Assembly: GCA_050178385.1 (NCBI GenBank)
Contig: JBFXGD010000066.1
Location: 1 to 16,903 of the forward strand
DNA: 16,903 bases
Origin: Calditrichaceae bacterium
Lineage (GTDB): Bacteria; Calditrichota; Calditrichia; Calditrichales; JBFXGD01
Reading direction: 5' to 3'
This document shows positions 15,401 to 16,903 of the stretch, in pieces. A model generated the notes under the pieces. It worked only from the letters and a program-made list of their open reading frames with translations. It was not told the origin of the DNA and searched no databases. Numbering within the stretch: position 1 is the first letter of the stretch; every line of letters begins with the position of its first letter. A program made the position numbers and the translations under genes.

Positions 15401-16333
15401 CTGCCAGGCATCTCTCTCTTCAAGGGTTCTGTCAAACATCTGAAGCAGGTCCGAATTTCGCAGGCCCCAGTGGGGAGCGACGAGTGTTCTGACCGGCGCT
15501 TCGCCAAAAAGTCTCTGGATCACGATTTCCGGATCCAGCCTTTCAAGAAAACCAACCAATACATCCATATATTCCTGAGGTCCCAAAAGGCTGAACGGTT
15601 TCTTTTTATGCATGATCTCCATCGCCGTTCCCTTGACGATGTGCAGCTGATGAATTTTTAGAAAGTCAAAGGAAATGGTGGAGAGCACTTCCGCCGTTTT
15701 TAACCAATGCGTCTTATTTTCCCAGGGGAAACCTATGATTAAATGCGTGCATATCTTTATACCGCGGCCTTTTGTCATAGACACCGCGTCAAGATATGAC
15801 TGGAAGTCATGTCCCCGGTTAATTCTGTTTAACGTCTCATCGGAGATTGATTCAAGACCGTATTCAACCGTTATATCATGACTTTTTGACAGCTCTTCGA
15901 GATAGAGTATTTTTTCTTCGTCCACGCAATCCGGTCTTGTGCCTATGGTAAGTCCGATGACTTCGGGATGGGACAACGCCTCCTCATAATATTGCTTTAA
16001 AGTTTCGAGCGGCGCGTAGGTATTGCTGTAAGGCTGAAAATAAACTATAAACTTTTTTACCTTATTATAACGGCGTTTTAGAAACTCCACGCCTTCATTT
16101 ATCTGATGAGATATAGAATTGACCGAATCATTATAACCCGGATTAAAACTTTCATTGTTGCAGTAAATACACCCGCCTTTTGCAATCAAACCGTCACGGT
16201 TCGGACATGTGAATCCGGCGTCCACGGTGACCTTCTGTACCCGCTCACCATAAATCTTTCTCTGATATTCACTGAATGAATTATATCTTTTGGGATGACC
16301 CCATGGGAAATTTCCCGATTCATTATTACTCAT
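15374..16333 (-). CDS. TIGR01212 family radical SAM protein (YhcC/YtqA)
   Basis: DAGFTCPNRDG...GGCIYC (Cx11Cx2C), YFQPYSNTYA, IGTRPDC, EYGLES, INRGH and KIHQLHIVKGT motifs. Confidence 0.94.
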   Translation of the reverse strand: MSNNESGNFPWGHPKRYNSFSEYQRKIYGERVQKVTVDAGFTCPNRDGLIAKGGCIYCNNESFNPGYNDSVNSISHQINEGVEFLKRRYNKVKKFIVYFQPYSNTYAPLETLKQYYEEALSHPEVIGLTIGTRPDCVDEEKILYLEELSKSHDITVEYGLESISDETLNRINRGHDFQSYLDAVSMTKGRGIKICTHLIIGFPWENKTHWLKTAEVLSTISFDFLKIHQLHIVKGTAMEIMHKKKPFSLLGPQEYMDVLVGFLERLDPEIVIQRLFGEAPVRTLVAPHWGLRNSDLLQMFDRTLEERDAWQGKEVRSRK

Positions 16334-16334
16334 C

Positions 16335-16835
16335 TTATCTGCCTAAAGTATCCTGTAAAACGTCAACATCACGTATGATATGTAATTTAATGTTTGTTAA
16401 CTGATAATGACCGATAACATCCTGTAACAGTTGTTCTCTCACCACAAGAATCACCGAAAGATTATGGTAATCTGACCGATGATCCAATATCATGGAAACG
16501 GCTGATTCAAGACCCTGCTCCCTGAGTTCAAGCGGCCCTATTTCGTCAATAATCAGCCAATGCAATTTTTTTAGTTTAAGTGAACTTAATCGTTCCCTTG
16601 CCCATTCAAATACTTTCTGATCAAAATTGTAGCGTCCGATTTTAACCGTTGCTTCATTACTATTTTCCGTTTCAAGCCTTTGCTGATCACCTGAAACAAA
16701 ATGATGCAGATACCGGACTCCATTAACAACCGGGGCAAGAATTCCATCAACGTTGTCTTGTTTTTCGCACCATTCCGTGAGTTTCGTCGTCTTGCCACTC
16801 CGGACAGGTCCCGTTAATATGTAAATTTCTTTCAT
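16335..16835 (-). CDS. P-loop NTPase, THEP1/HCR-NTPase (NTPase_1)-like
   Basis: 166 aa. Walker A LTGPVRSGKTT, VKIGRY, Walker B LIIDEIGPLE, and LVVRE. Stop is 1 nt before the radical SAM start. Confidence 0.85.
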   Translation of the reverse strand: MKEIYILTGPVRSGKTTKLTEWCEKQDNVDGILAPVVNGVRYLHHFVSGDQQRLETENSNEATVKIGRYNFDQKVFEWARERLSSLKLKKLHWLIIDEIGPLELREQGLESAVSMILDHRSDYHNLSVILVVREQLLQDVIGHYQLTNIKLHIIRDVDVLQDTLGR

Positions 16836-16853
16836 ATCCGCTCTAAAATTTTG

Positions 16854-16903
16854 TCAGCCAGTAAAAGTGCGCCCATCCCATCGAATCAATCCCCCGGAGA
16901 AAA
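16854..16903 (-). CDS. 3' end of an upstream gene, possibly a rhodanese-domain protein
   Basis: One frame reads ...FSGGLIRWDGRTFTG*, resembling the rhodanese C-terminal GGxxxW motif. It stops 18 nt before the NTPase ATG. Only 15 codons are visible. Confidence 0.35.
   Translation of the reverse strand, partial: FSGGLIRWDGRTFTG

Noticed and set aside
15278..15661. 127-aa + strand ORF
   Set aside because: Reads through the repeat tract (FFFYLFSF) and lies antisense to the radical SAM gene.

Overview
Bacterial chromosomal core region, mostly housekeeping. The gene style suggests a Gram-negative FCB-like lineage such as Calditrichota, but this is inference only. Left arm (- strand): acpS-nnr; lat with its own strong promoter, a structured leader and a terminator; the operon nadE-rsmI-(PIP-synthase-like CDP-alcohol phosphotransferase)-ino1; then MATE-tmk (tmk runs off the window). 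Centre: an ECF sigma factor coupled to a secreted beta-repeat protein, a small membrane protein, rdgB, and a four-tRNA operon (Pro-TGG, Arg-TCT, His-GTG, Glu-TTC) with promoter and bidirectional terminator. Right: a GAF-SpoIIE/PP2C phosphatase, an EamA transporter, a repeat-rich intergenic tract, and a TIGR01212 radical SAM gene coupled to a THEP1-like NTPase. No transposase, integrase, prophage or CRISPR is evident, and I see no clearly novel multi-gene system. Best leads: an inositol-phospholipid module inside a nadE-rsmI operon, two candidate cis-regulatory RNAs (lat and MATE leaders), a heptamer/REP-like repeat nest that supplies a stop codon, and a possible rhodanese-NTPase-radical SAM module.
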